Source: Octopus sinensis (Eukaryota). Taken from it: DNA of 64,000 bases. The notes under the pieces are model-generated. The model was not told the origin of the DNA. It saw nothing but the letters and a program-made list of their open reading frames with translations, and searched no databases. The translations under genes were made by a program, and so were the position numbers. The number at the start of each line of letters is the position of its first letter. Within the stretch, counting starts at the first letter, position 1. Of this stretch, positions 22,163-35,229 are shown piece after piece. Where the stretch lies: the NCBI RefSeq assembly GCF_006345805.1, contig NC_042997.1, positions 12,338,001 through 12,402,000 on the forward strand. The letters run 5' to 3'.

Positions 22163-25100
22163 TTTATTTCATAAAGATTTGCCCTACTGGCATTACAGAG
22201 AGGGAACAAACATAAAGCGTGAAGAAGCTTTTACGTTTTAAAAATGTCAAATCAATCGGATGAAAAAAGGAATCGATGAAATATGCAATCAAAATTTTAA
22301 ATTTAGAATAAGTCATTTCGTTCCGCAATGAAGGAGGGTTGAAAAAAAGCACCCGAACATCTAGGTAGAACCTTTGCTTTTTAACCCGACCTCACTTATC
22401 TGGTGCCAATCGCACCCAGCTTGTTCACTACAGGCTTCCACCTTTTCATGTGACGGAGCAGTCTAAAGCAGGCTGATCTTACTACCGAAGTGGTAACTAA
22501 AAGAGTTAACCAACCCCTGGCCAGAGACAAATGTACCTGTCACTTATACCTTTCACACGCGTCTTCCATACATTCTCTTTCAGTATGGCTACTACGCAGA
22601 GAAAACAAACCTTCCTTTCCCTGTTAAGGAAAGGAGGTGGCACAATCTCGACGACAGAATCAGCTGATAGCTGTACTCTTCCAAACACTGACAACAGTTG
22701 TTCGACAAAAGCTATTAGTCCTGATAACTTCGGACAATCCACGAATGCGTGCAAGACGGTTTCCCTATCCTGCCCACATCTCGAGCATGTCGGCGAGAAG
22801 GCACTTCCGTGCCTTGGCAGCTTGTCATAAATAGGTAACGCCGCACGGAAGCACTGCCAAACCAGTGATTTCTGGCAATTATCCAGATACCCCGGGCCGA
22901 ACGTTCTCCTGAACAGGTTGACCAACTGATTTTCATTGTAGCCAAGGGTCTCCCCCAAGGCGCCTTCTGACATAGATTCCACTAATCCGCTATATAAATC
23001 CGCGGTGGAACTCCTGCTGCCGGCATTGCCCGCACGAGAATGTAGCTGGAGCACCTGATGGCACTCCAAATGCCAGTCTCCCAGCTTGATCCTTAACGGA
23101 CATTGGTGCATGGATTTACTGGGGAAGGTAGAACCGAACGTGCGGTGATCACACCTGCTCTCCATCCAGGTAAAGCCAGAGGTGCCTCCACCTTAACGCG
23201 AATTTTCGCATCTTCAGCCAAGGCATCCCTAGCCCACCCTTTGGCGGTTTCTGACAGCAGACAGAGCGCTTTACAAGTGGCTTCCTTCCCTTCCACAAAA
23301 AGCGGAAAGAATTCTTTCCAACTTGTTCATCAACAAATCGGAGCAAGGCACCACGGTCAGACGGTAGGTGATTACTGATGCCATAAACATCTGCACCACC
23401 TCTGCCCTCCCTAGCATGGACAACACCCACCCAGACCAGGCCTGGGTTAGAGCAGTAACCTTGCTGGTCACCTCACTCCAATATTTTCTTATCTGGAGGT
23501 CTGGACCAATCCAAACTCCGAGCAGCTTAACAAGACCTTCCGTCCAACGCCCCGCGACGTTATTAGACGCCGTCGGCTTGCCCCTCCAGGTGCTGAGTTG
23601 CAAACCGTCCGTCTTGTCCTTGTTAACCTTTGCTTCTGCCACTGTTTCGTAACTTTTGATGGCCTTTTTCCATCGTTGGAAGCTGGTCCTTATCCGCCAC
23701 GATGATGGAGATGTCATCCACATATGCGAAGCTCCTCTTCCGCGCCATAGATCATGCGGGCCCATCCGGCAATATTAATTCCCTCACGGCCCAATACTCG
23801 TACTTTAGCCCGAACTCTACACCCTTCATGATTGGCTTTGTAGTTATGTTCCAATGCCATTCTCGCTGCCAAAATGTGAGATGCTGAGCCCAGCCTCCAC
23901 GCCCCTTCTAAGTCCTTGACTAGTTGCCCTTCTATTCTGGCCTTATCTAGTCTTAGTTGTTGACTAAACTTAATGTACTTAAATCGGTTATTAACCACGG
24001 TTAACGTCCTCTGTACTAACTCCTTAATCCGGCTATGGTATGCCTCGCAAGTCAGAATAGACTTATTAAGCAGCCGGGTCCTCTCTTAACTGTACTATCT
24101 ATGTACAGTCTACAGTCTACCATTCTATGGTCAATGTAGGCTACTTGGACAATCCGTGGACAGCTAAAACCTGTATTATCTCTAGATTTTATCACTATCC
24201 TATCTAAGTAAGACTTGAGCTTTCCGTCGTCACTAATCCAGGTTCCCTCTGGGGCATCTGAATTGTCAAGCCTGTAACGATCTTCCAGCTGAAAGCGCTT
24301 AAGCAGATCCACGAGACGTGAGTTCACTTTCCTACCGGTCGAGCCAACGCGATCGATGCGTGTGTCAACAATAGTATAAAGTCACCTAATACTACCGATG
24401 TCTTCGACGTCACGAGAAAGTTCTCCATACGCCGATAAAAATCAGTTTGGAATCCTCTAGCACAAGGTGCATACAATCCGATCAGCTTGAAGGCTTTACT
24501 GCTGTATGTCACACCAAGGACGAGCAGCCCACCTTCTGGGTTCACATAGACTGTGCTTGTCCGCAGAGCCGAGCCTTTATGGAGCAGTACCTCTACACCG
24601 CATCGTCCTCCAGTCTGGCCAGGAGACATGATTTTCTCATAGCCATTCAGGAGGGGCGAGAAGGTTTGTAGACTGTCCAGCTTGGTCTCTATAGCAACCG
24701 TCACATGTATATCGTGTGATCTGAGGTCGTCGAGGAAACAAGTTTGCTTTCACTTCGAACTCAGACCACGCACATTCAGACAACCAAGGTTAAGTGCAAT
24801 CACAACTTAAAAAGTAGAGGTGCTACTTACCCTTCACGGGCGACGTTGGGGCTGACCTCACCACACGTGAAATAGCCCTTTCCTTCTCCTTCAAATACTT
24901 TGGAAGGTTCCCAATTCTTCCGATGCCCGTCGGGTGTCTATCCTTCAACTGCTTGAATAGAGTTTCCCCTATCCAGGCACACCTCTTCGGAAAGTCTTTG
25001 TGCTTCAAGAAAAGCTTGGCGGTATGGTGATTCACAATTATTTCGTCTGTGTATTTGCCTCTGGTGTCAAATTCCACCAACACCTTAATGTCATAGTCAT

Positions 25101-26200
25101 CTTTTTTCCAGGTCAAGGAGGCGGAATTTTTTTTTTTTTGTAATTTGCTGTGTGTTCTCGTTTGTATTTGTGGAGGGAAATGGATGGGGACGGTGTATGA
25201 GTTCGTTTACGAACTACTGCGTACTCCTCCTTGACCACTTCCATAGTGTCGTCCGAGGGGGCTGCACTTTTTCAATCAGGTGCCAACAAGGAAGTGGGTA
25301 ATTTTAATTGTGTCGGGGTTTGTGTTTGCAGGGATTGGGTTTTTGTGGTGTTATGTTTAGGGTCCGGCACCGCAGCTGGGGGAGTGGGAATTTTTACTTG
25401 TGTGGGGTCTGGTATATGCATAGGTTTGGGGACTATTTTGGGGTTTTCTGAAGGGCCTGGAGTCTGCGCCATTTTTTCCATCTTTTCCTTCTCTGTTTGT
25501 TTCCTTGTTTCGCAGTTCACGCGATTGTGGCATTTTCCCCACATTCATGGCAGGTGGGTTTTCTTCCTTCCACCTGCACTCTAAGGGCCATATTCTCGCC
25601 CACGAGCACCGTTTCAGGAAGCTCCTGAAGGTCTTCCAGCGTCCTCAGTTGCTGTAATGCTCCACCCGAGCGAATTCTGGGGGCAGAGCATGTAATTTGC
25701 AAGAATTTTATACAGTCCATCCTGCTAAACAACAGGGCGGCCATCACCTCCATCGGGTCAACCTCCAGTGGTACTTCTGTCACCTTCACACGGGAAGTCC
25801 GCCTCCCCATGTATGTTTGTAAAAGTACCACCTTCTTTGTCTTCAGGGAACATACGGAATGCCCGCGGGCCACCTCTTCACTAGAGACACGGACCTCAAC
25901 TGTACCGTATGCCCATCCCCTTGCATTATAGGCTACGTCTTACCATATCGAGGACAGGCATTTTTCAATTTTCTCTTTCTCAAAGTGTTTAAACCTTCTG
26001 TTTTGTTGGCAGAAGAATTTAAACACTAAGGTCCGTTTTTTCTGTGTCGACCACACTGGAGGAAGGAGACATTTTAACGTCACCGCCCTCCTCTTTCATT
26101 CTTTTATATATACATTCCAGCTGATCGACAGGAATGTCGATATTTTCGGTTGCCACAGCGGCAACCACCGAAAATTTTTTTCAAATTTTTTTGATTACTC
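22163..26200 (-). mobile_element. Decayed Tx1/L1-clade retrotransposon (element 3) with ~0.9 kb internal deletion of the RT core
   Basis: Minus-strand fragments homologous to element 1: ORF1 (LLQTYMGRRTSRVKV, VEGRKPTCHEC..CHNRVNC), APE (LGCLNVRG, VLGDF, YLDRI, YIDH), distal RT (AYVDDI, KLLGVW) and zinc finger (CSRCGQDRETVLHAFVDC). Multiple stops and frameshifts. Confidence 0.9.
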
Positions 26201-26279
26201 TCTACGAGAGTGCACCTTTCATGTACAATTTCAACCGACATTCTTCGGTTGAAATTAATTTCACAAGTAAATTACACAA

Positions 26280-26698
26280 GGCACAGGAGTGGCTGTGTGG
26301 TAAGTAGCTTGCTAACCAACCACATGGTTCCGGGTTCAGTCCCACTGCGTGGCATCTTGGGCAAGTGTCTTCTGCTATATACCTCGGGCCGACCAATGCC
26401 TTGTGAGTGGATTTGGTAGACGGAAACTGAAAGAAGCCCGTCGTATATATGTATATATGTGTATATGTGTGTGTTTGTGCGTCTGTGTTTGTCCCCCCCC
26501 CAATATCGCTTGACAACCGATGCTGGTGTGTTTGCGTCCCCGTCACTTAGCGGTTCGGCAAAAGAGACCGATAGAATAAGTACTGGGCTTATAAAGAATA
26601 AGTCCCGGGGTCGAGTTACTCGACTAAAGCGGTGCTCCAGCATGGCCGCAGTCAAATGACTGAAACAAGTAAAAGAGTAAAAGAGTAAAGAGTAAAGC
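26280..26698 (+). mobile_element. SINE family A (copy A of the 5S cluster)
   Basis: Full head, body and (aaaagagt)n tail. Confidence 0.9.
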
Positions 26699-26986
26699 AA
26701 ATAGTTTCCCACAAAAATGGGAAATACAAAAAATTCCATTTGAAGAAGACAACAGTTCACTAACAAAGTTCAAATCCCACCCCCGTTAGGGGGAGGGGCA
26801 CAAAAATCGGTCCAAAAAGACTATACACAGTTTGACAAAACTACGTTCATAAAAATGCCCCAATGGCCAACAAATATTGGTCAAGATTCCTTCTCCTTTA
26901 GTTATTCCCCGGTAAAACCGGGAAATAAAATTGATTCAATAAGGTTCAACAATAAACTTCAATGTTCAACAAATAACATAACAATT

Positions 26987-27105
26987 CCAAACGGCCTTAT
27001 CACGTTGAAAGCACCGGTTCTCGTCCGGTCACCAAAGTTAAGCAACATCGAGTCTAGTTAGTACCTAGCTGGGTGACCGCTTGGGAACCTAGGTGCTGTA
27101 AGCAT
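26987..27105 (+). rRNA. 5S rRNA gene or pseudogene, copy 1
   Basis: acggccttatcacgttgaaagcaccggttctcgtccggtcacc.aagttaagcaac..gttagtacctagctgggtgaccgcttggga..ggtgctgtaagc matches metazoan 5S with box A and box C. The first 4 nt do not pair with the 3' end. Confidence 0.85.
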
Positions 27106-27119
27106 TCTTCATTTTCATA

Positions 27120-27289
27120 GGCGGCCGGAGTGGCTGTGTGGTAAGTAGCTTGCTAACCAACCACATGTTCCGGGTTCAGTCACACTGCGTGGCATCTTGG
27201 GCAAGTGTCTTCTACTATATACTCGGGCCGACCAAGCCTTGTGAGTGGATTTGGTAGATGGAAACTGAAAGAAGCCTGTTGTATATATG

Positions 27290-27345
<56 letters not shown>

Positions 27346-27578
27346 GTGTGTGTGTTTGTTTGTGTCTGTGTTTGTCCCCCTAGCATTGCTTGACAACCGA
27401 TGCTGGTGTGTTTACGTCCCCGTTACTTAGCGGTTAGGCAAAAGAGACCGATAGAATAAGTACTGGAGTTACAAAGAATAAGTCCCGGGGTCGATTTGCT
27501 CGACTAAAGGCGGTGCTCCAGCATAGCCGCAGTCAAATGACTGAAACAAGTAAAAGAGTAAAAGAGTAAAGAGTAAAG
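27120..27578 (+). mobile_element. SINE family A, chimeric copy B
   Basis: Diagnostic bases match copy C up to 27525 and copy A from 27548 onward. Confidence 0.85.
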
Positions 27579-27869
27579 CAAATAGTTTCCCACAAAAATG
27601 GGAAATACAAAAAATTTCATTTGAAGAAGACAACAGTTCACTAACAAAGTTCAAATCCCACCCCCGTTAGGGGGAGGGGCACAAAAATCGGTCCAAAAAG
27701 ACTATACACAGTTTGACAAAACTACGTTCATAAAAATGCCCCAATGGCCAACAAATATTGGTCAAGAATTCCTTCTCCTTTAGTTATTCCCCGGTAAAAC
27801 CGGGAAATAAAATTGATTCAATAAGGTTCAACAATAAACTTCAATGTTCAACAAATAACAATAACAATT

Positions 27870-27989
27870 CCAAACGGCCTTATCACGTTGAAAGCACCGG
27901 TTCTCGTCCGGTCACCGAAGTTAAGCAACATCGAGTCTAGTTAGTACCTAGCTGGGTGACCGCTTGGGAAACCTAGGTGCTGTAAGCAT
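27870..27989 (+). rRNA. 5S rRNA gene or pseudogene, copy 2
   Basis: Near-identical to copy 1, 883 bp downstream, with the same upstream spacer. Confidence 0.85.
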
Positions 27990-28002
27990 TCTTCATTTTC
28001 AT

Positions 28003-28174
28003 AGGCGCCGGAGTGGCTGTGTGGTAAGTAGCTTGCTAACCAACCACATGGTTCCGGGTTCAGTCACACTGCGTGGCATCTTGGGCAAGTGTCTTCTACT
28101 ATATACCTCGGGCCGACCAAAGCCTTGTGAGTGGATTTGGTAGATGGAAACTGAAAGAAGCCTGTTGTATATAT

Positions 28175-28214
<40 letters not shown>

Positions 28215-28427
28215 GTTTGTGTGTGTCTGTGTTTGTCCCCCTAGCATTGCTTGACAACCGATGCTGGTGTGTTTACGTCCCCGTTACTTAGCGGTTAAGG
28301 CAAAAGAGACCGATAGAATAAGTACTGGAGTTACAAAGAATAAGTCCCGGGGTCGATTTGCTCGACTAAAGGCGGTGCTCCAGCATAGCCGCAGTCAAAT
28401 GACTGAAACGAGTAAAAGAGTAAAAGA
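28003..28427 (+). mobile_element. SINE family A (copy C of the 5S cluster)
   Basis: Full family A copy followed by unique sequence. Confidence 0.9.
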
Positions 28428-28642
28428 GGGAGAGAGGTAATCTAACGTTTTCAACAACACATCCGACAAAAAATTCCGGAAACAAGCTTCTTACCACACA
28501 GCCACGCCTATAGTAAAATATCTTTATGTTTATAGATATCAACAATGAATAGAATTGGCATAGATTAAGAGTTAACTTTGAATAGAAAGAAAAAAATATT
28601 ATAAATATGGGAAGGCGGGAAAAGTGGAATGATGATAGTGGA

Positions 28643-29012
28643 AGCACTCCGTCGGTTACGACGACGAGGGTTCCGGTTGATCCGAATCAACGGAACAGCC
28701 TGCTCGTGAAATTAACGTGTAAGTGGCTGAGCACTCCACAGACACGTGTACCCTTAACGTAGTTCTCGGGGATATTCAGCGTGACACAGAGAGTGACAAG
28801 GCCGGCCCTTTGAAATACAGGTACATCAGAAACAGGAAGTAAGAGTGAGAGAAAGTTGTGGTGAAAGAGTACAGCAGGGATCACCACCATCCCCTGCCGG
28901 AGCCTCGTGGAGCTTTAGGTGTCTTCGCTCAATAAACACTCACAACGCCCGGTCTAGGAATCGAAACCGCGAGTCCGCTGCCCTAACCACTGGGCCATTG
29001 AGCCTCCACCCG
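28643..29012 (-). mobile_element. tRNA-derived SINE (family D)
   Basis: Minus-strand head tggcccagtggttagggcagcggactc..ggtttcgattcc (A/B boxes), followed by a GC-richer body ending gtcgtcgtaaccgacggagtgc. Confidence 0.7.
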
Positions 29013-29471
29013 GAATGATGATAATACTATCATGAAGTCACAAGACAGAGTGACAAACTTGAAACTTTTCTGGACACTTGTTAATGTTATGGAGCCATAT
29101 CGTAAGCAGAGAGTTTTACGCTAAGCTGACAAATACGCACTAGTGGGCGGTGCGTTTGAGTGTCGGTTACTCAAAACTGTCTTAAGTATCTTATAATAAT
29201 TGTTAGTAATAAATACATTATAAACGAAATCATTGGGTGATATTTAGAAATATAGGGTTATTTATTTTATTTCATCTAGTTTCAGCTCACGAGCTGCGGT
29301 TATGCTGGGGCAGTATTCAAAATAAATCAAAGCATGTAAGGAGCTAAATATAAAATATTTGTAAAAATGATCTCTCTTTGTCTCTCTCTTCCGGTATAAG
29401 TGTGTGAATGAATGAATGAATGAATGAATGAATGAATGTGTGCGCGTGTGTGTGTGTATGTGTGTGAATGA

Positions 29472-29516
<45 letters not shown>

Positions 29517-30470
29517 TGTGTGTGTTGTTTGCCATTGATACAACATTGCTGTCGTTTCAACTTTATGATTTAGCTAGTCGTTATAATACGCTAGTCGCAA
29601 TGACTGCCGAAAAACTTCTGAAAGCGATATCACTGAAATCTATCATAGATTAATATATATCCATATAGATATATGTGTGTGTGTATGTGTGTGTGTGTGA
29701 TGATAGATTGAATTGCTGTATGCGTGGATACATATTTTTGTACTGTCACTCGTAAAGACAAGATAAAACTTATTAAGGACAAAACTGTTAAACAGCGACA
29801 GCGACGCCTTTATTTTGACAATCTGGGTGAAACATATTTTCATCCTACATGAAAGCTATCCAAACGCTGTCTTGGCAGCTGGTAGGTAGGCAGCAGGAGA
29901 ACAGGCATGCAGGCATACCGGCAAAGCAAGCCGTTCGTCCGACCGGCACCACACCATCAGAAGAAGAACAAGAACAATTCAGTACCCACATTAACGAATC
30001 TTACAGTAGTTGTTTACTTATGGAGAAGGGTTCCTTTTTTTTTTTCTCCTTTCGGTTTGCTTCAGGTGAAACCGCAGGCTAAATCATTTTGCGATAAACT
30101 CACATTGGCAGGTGCACAGTGAGCTAGACGCTTCTAGCCTACATTCCTGACTCTGCTCATTAGGATTAAAAGACGGACGCCTTTTCTTTCGACCACCACC
30201 TTACCCCATTACTCCCAAGCTCCTTCGCTTTCTCTCTCTCTCTCTCTCTCTCATATGTGTGTGTGTGTTTGTGTGTGTATGTATTTATTGATGTATATAT
30301 GTATATATATGTATATATATATAAAAATACCCCCAAAGTGTAGCTTCGAGCGACATGTGACCCAGCCGTCTACGTGTGACGGGTTGACCCGTAAACCACC
30401 TTATAAACGATTTGGCACCGGTACACAGAAGAAAGGAGGACAGGAGGAAATCTATTACTACTACTACTAT

Positions 30471-30529
<59 letters not shown>

Positions 30530-31018
30530 TTACTACTACTATTTCAGCCGCAATAAAAATAATAATGAAATGTAAAGGAAAATACAAAACCTGAAATCTC
30601 AACTTACTGTTAAATCGCCTCAAGATATAGTGGCGGCAAGATGGATGCCCTCAAAGAAAATATCAGACAAACGCCAGCTTTTACTTCGAGTAACCAGATG
30701 GTGTTACCAAAAGTTGGCTTTAAGCCCAAAAGCAATAGACGTGGCCTGGAATTTTTGAAATAGTGGCAAAAGACAGAGAACAAGAAACATATAATGAGAG
30801 GGGCTGAGAGAGAGAGAGATGAGAGAGGAAGAGAGAGGATAAAAGAGAAAAAGGAAATGAAGGCGAGATAGTGTGAGTATAAGTGCGTTTGTTAGTGTGT
30901 ATGAATGAGATGAGGAGATAGAGAAGAAATAAGATGGTAACAAAAACAAGAGAAAACATTAAAAAAATGGACACCACAGAGTAAAGGAACTAGAAAGAAA
31001 AGTATTATGATCTATCTG

Positions 31019-31082
<64 letters not shown>

Positions 31083-31228
31083 CGCACAAGCGCTCACACA
31101 TACATATTTATACATAGGAATACACATTCACACACATTTATATACATATCTTGCGTATATCTTAATGGGTAAGTTATACACATACATATTCTTACACATA
31201 TTTATACACCCACACACGTACACATATG

Positions 31229-31277
<49 letters not shown>

Positions 31278-31308
31278 ATATAATATATATATATATATTA
31301 TATATATA

Positions 31309-31346
<38 letters not shown>

Positions 31347-32448
31347 CATACATACACACATACTCCTATAACTTTATATATTAAGCGAGAGTATGAGAGA
31401 GAATAAGAAATAAAGACAGACAGACACTGAGACAGAAGAAAGAAAGATGAAAAGATTGCGTGGGGCTGATGCTGGGAAAGAAGGCAGCGGTGGCGTAAGA
31501 GATAGTGGAGAAATAGCTTAAAGCAATGTTCAGAAATTTTGTAAATACGTCTCTTGTTTTTACATTTATTTATTATATTTTATTTCAGTTCAAAACAGTA
31601 TAAACTATTTGTGAATATAGACACATAAGAGATGTACATAACTAACAAAATAGATAAATAAATAAAATAAAATAAAAAAAACAAAACCTAGCGAAACCAT
31701 AATAACAGTAACCACGTAGCAGAAACGTTGGTTTTATATCTAAGAATACACACTCTCAAATGTTTCTATACAAGTAAGCGGATGTATATGCATATACACG
31801 AATAGGACTTACACACACACTCACTTAAACATACGTTTATATATTGTTGTCGTGTAAAGTTTCTAAGGTTTATATGTCATCGAGAGAGGTATTTCCGAAG
31901 CTTTGGAAACTTAAACGTTTTTGCTCCATCCCTGGTGCATGATAACACAGTGGATAGTGTGAAAAATGATAGGAAATGACGGAGAGTTAGTTATCGCGCG
32001 CATGCGTGCAACGAAATTGGACGGAAGAGAGAAAAAATCTTAGGAAAGAGTTAAAGATTTTTATGGATGGTAAAGTCGAGAAGGATAAGAATGAAATTGG
32101 AGGCGAGTGTCGGTCAAACTTAGATGAATGATCTGTCCACCTCCATCCACTACAAGCCCACACGTTACTGCTCTCATCGCCACTATAACTTCTCTCATCC
32201 TATTCTAACCTTTCAATGCTAGACCTATTATGTATAATCGATTGGGACGTCAGTTTCAGATGTTTCTTTTTTCTTTTCAGATGAGGGTAATTTGTAAGTA
32301 TGTTGGGCACGAAAAACATTTTACTGTTTTCTTTTTTTTCTTGTGTGGATATCAAAGAATATAGTCTACCGACACAACCTAGTCAATATTCAGGGTTTAT
32401 GGATTCTTACTATCAATGATTTTACTAATTTAAGAAGCATACATATAT

Positions 32449-32675
32449 GTTTCTTTACTACCCACAAGGGGCTAAACACAGAGGGGACAAACAAGAACAG
32501 ACAAAGGGATTAAGTTGATTACATCAACCCCAGTGCGTAACTGGTACTTAATTTATCGACCCCGAAAGGATGAAAGGCAAAGTCGACCTCGGCGGAATTT
32601 GAACTCAGAACGTAACGACAGACGAAATACCGCTAAGCATTTCGCCCAGCGCGCTAACGTTTCTGCCAGCTCGCC
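32449..32675 (-). mobile_element. SINE family B monomer flanked by a 91-bp direct duplication
   Basis: Complete family B monomer. 32358-32448 is repeated at 32676-32766 with 3 mismatches. Confidence 0.9.
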
Positions 32676-33154
32676 AATATAGTCTACCGACACAACCTAG
32701 TCAATATTCAGAGTTTATGAATTCTTACTATCAATGATTTTACTAATTTAAGAAGCATGCATATATAAGCACACATGCACACACGCGCGCTCACGCACAC
32801 ACACACAGACACACACACGCACACACACATACTCACAGAGGTCTGGTGATGCAAACAGGAAAATAGAACTCAAATATGAGTATATATATAGTTTTTGTTA
32901 ATCGGCAGAAGTTACATTATGACTCAAGTGTCGAGAGAGTTTCGTGTATGCAAATATATATAATCTTCTAGTGTGGATAAATATTTCCTGGCAAACAGAA
33001 TCCAGCGTGTTGTGATCGGCGGATTATTACACGTGCCTAGCGATATGAACTTCATGTGATATAAAATAAAAGAGATTTAGGTGAAACCGTGGACAACAAC
33101 CCAAGCTGAAGTGTATATATCAACAATAATGTCAAAATAGCACACATAATGTGC

Positions 33155-33289
33155 TTTTTGATCCTTAAAAATGTCCTGTCTAGTGATCTTTATACAATCA
33201 TCCTCTTCTCTCTTACATTCAAGGTTTTTGATCCTTAACAATTTCCTGTCTAGTGATCTTTATACGATCATCCTTTTCTCTCTTACATT
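33155..33289 (+). repeat. 70-bp tandem duplication
   Basis: tttttgatcctta..tcctgtctagtgatctttatac.atcatcc..tctctcttacatt occurs at 33155 and 33225. Confidence 0.85.
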
Positions 33290-33479
33290 TGCACGGTTTC
33301 GCCTTGAATGTTACTGCTAATATAGTCCCAATACACAGAACAAAACAACACGAGAATTGAAACACTCCAGATATCGATCACAAACAAAGTAAATAAATGA
33401 CATGACTGGTTTTCATTATTGGGAACCCATTAAAATGTTCAAACTTTATTCTCTACAACACCGCCGTGAGCCGTAATAA

Positions 33480-33800
33480 TTTGTGCATCGTGTGAAATAT
33501 TCCATCAATACTGTTAAAAACGATGCAGGTATAAAGTTCCTAAAACGTTATCCAAAGCTAACTTTCTCTGCCATTCATCTCGTCCAACAATCGAGCTCAA
33601 GTCACATAGCAATATTGAAACATTTTTTTTCTTTGTTGGCTTCAGCTACTCCTATCTTAGTCAACATCGTATGAAAGGAAATCAAAGAAGAATAACATCT
33701 CAATACATTCAAAGTCCATCTGGACAAATTCATCGAAGAAATATTAGACAAGCCACCAACATCGAGATATATCTTGGCAAACAATTCCCAGCTAACGGTG
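33480..33800 (+). pseudogene. Decayed 3' end of a CR1/L2-group LINE ORF2
   Basis: Peptide remnant LNTFKVHLDKFIEEILDKP..LANNS resembles the FK..LD.FL..I.D.P..NS C-terminus of this group. Confidence 0.4.
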
Positions 33801-33898
33801 CTACGGTATCCTAGGACATGACATGAAAGACTAATCTAGGCAGTGCTCTTAAAGTTAGACATGACATGGGCCAATAATGACTAAAAGCTTATATAAGT

Positions 33899-33994
<96 letters not shown>

Positions 33995-34070
33995 ATATCT
34001 ATCTATCTATAATCTATCTATTTGCCCACATGTATATATATATTATATATATATAATATATATATATATA

Positions 34071-34385
34071 ATAAATATTAGGGAATAAATCCAAACTTAC
34101 AGGGAAAATCAGATTTAGGATTGAATCCAATTTATAGTAAAATATTATATAATATTAAATTAGAGACAAAACCACTATTAGGCAAATCATACAATGAAAA
34201 ACTTAAGCCAATACATAAGATTATTTAATTATATTATTTAATATATAACAAAATTATTAATTATATTTTTTAATAATTTTGTTATATATTTAAATAATAT
34301 AAATTAAATAATCTTATGTATTGGCTTAAGTTTTTCATTGTATGATTTGCCTAATAGTGGTTTCTCTAATTTAATATTATATATA
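34071..34385 (-). repeat. Fold-back repeat related to 2045-2368
   Basis: Arms 34146-34260 and 34270-34385 are near-perfect reverse complements. Same tail as the copy at 2290-2368. Confidence 0.75.
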
Positions 34386-34423
34386 TAATATATATTATAT
34401 ATATATATATATACATAACATAT

Positions 34424-34828
34424 TCTTTTCTCGTCTCTTTACTTGTTTATTCATTCTGACTGTCGCCCTGCTGGAGCACCGCCTTTAGTTGAAGAAATTG
34501 ACCCCAGGACTTATTCTTTGTAAGCCTGTTACTTATTCTATTTGTGTCTTATGCCTAACTGCTAAGCTACGGGAACGTAAACACACCAAGATCGGTTCTC
34601 AAGCGATGGTGGGGGGAAAACAGACACCAACACAAATATATATATACACACATACATATATATACGACAGGCTTCTTTCAGTTTCCGTCTACCAAATCCA
34701 CTTACAAGGTTTTGGTCGGCCCGACGCTATAGTAGAAGACACTTGCCGAAGGTACTACGCAGTGGAATTGAACCCGGAACCATGTGGTTGGGAAGCAAGC
34801 TACTTAGCACACAGCCACTCCTGAGCCT
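34424..34828 (-). mobile_element. SINE family A
   Basis: Reverse-complement match to family A along its whole length. Confidence 0.85.
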
Positions 34829-34844
34829 ATATACATACATATAT

Positions 34845-34908
<64 letters not shown>

Positions 34909-35229
34909 TGTGTCTGTGTCTGTGTATGTGTGTGTGTGTGCGTGTGCGTGTGTGTGTATCAATCAGAATTAAGGGTACAACCTATATAGGATTTCTGCAA
35001 GTAGGTAGCATGTAAAAAAACATGTTAGGTAAAAATTAATACAAAGTACTTGATTTTATAAAAGAAGTGATAGTATAAGTGATAGACTTAAAAAGATTAA
35101 GTCGTGGGAGTAGATTTTGTTCCACTAAAGGCGGTGTTCCAGCATGGTTCCAGTGAAATGACTAAAAAAGTAAAAAAAATAAAATAATAAGTGTGCCCCA
35201 GCATGGCCGCGGCCTTCGGGCTAAAACAT

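Noticed and set aside
26280-26350. SINE heads as tRNA genes
   Set aside because: They have A/B-box-like motifs but no complete cloverleaf, and they always continue into a SINE body.
29849-30122. Short ORFs in unique, slightly GC-richer sequence
   Set aside because: No recognisable domain and no convincing paired splice sites.
32281-32293. 13-nt segment between a strong acceptor and GTAAGT
   Set aside because: No reading phase links it to the 99-nt candidate exon without a stop codon, and it is likely chance in T-rich DNA.
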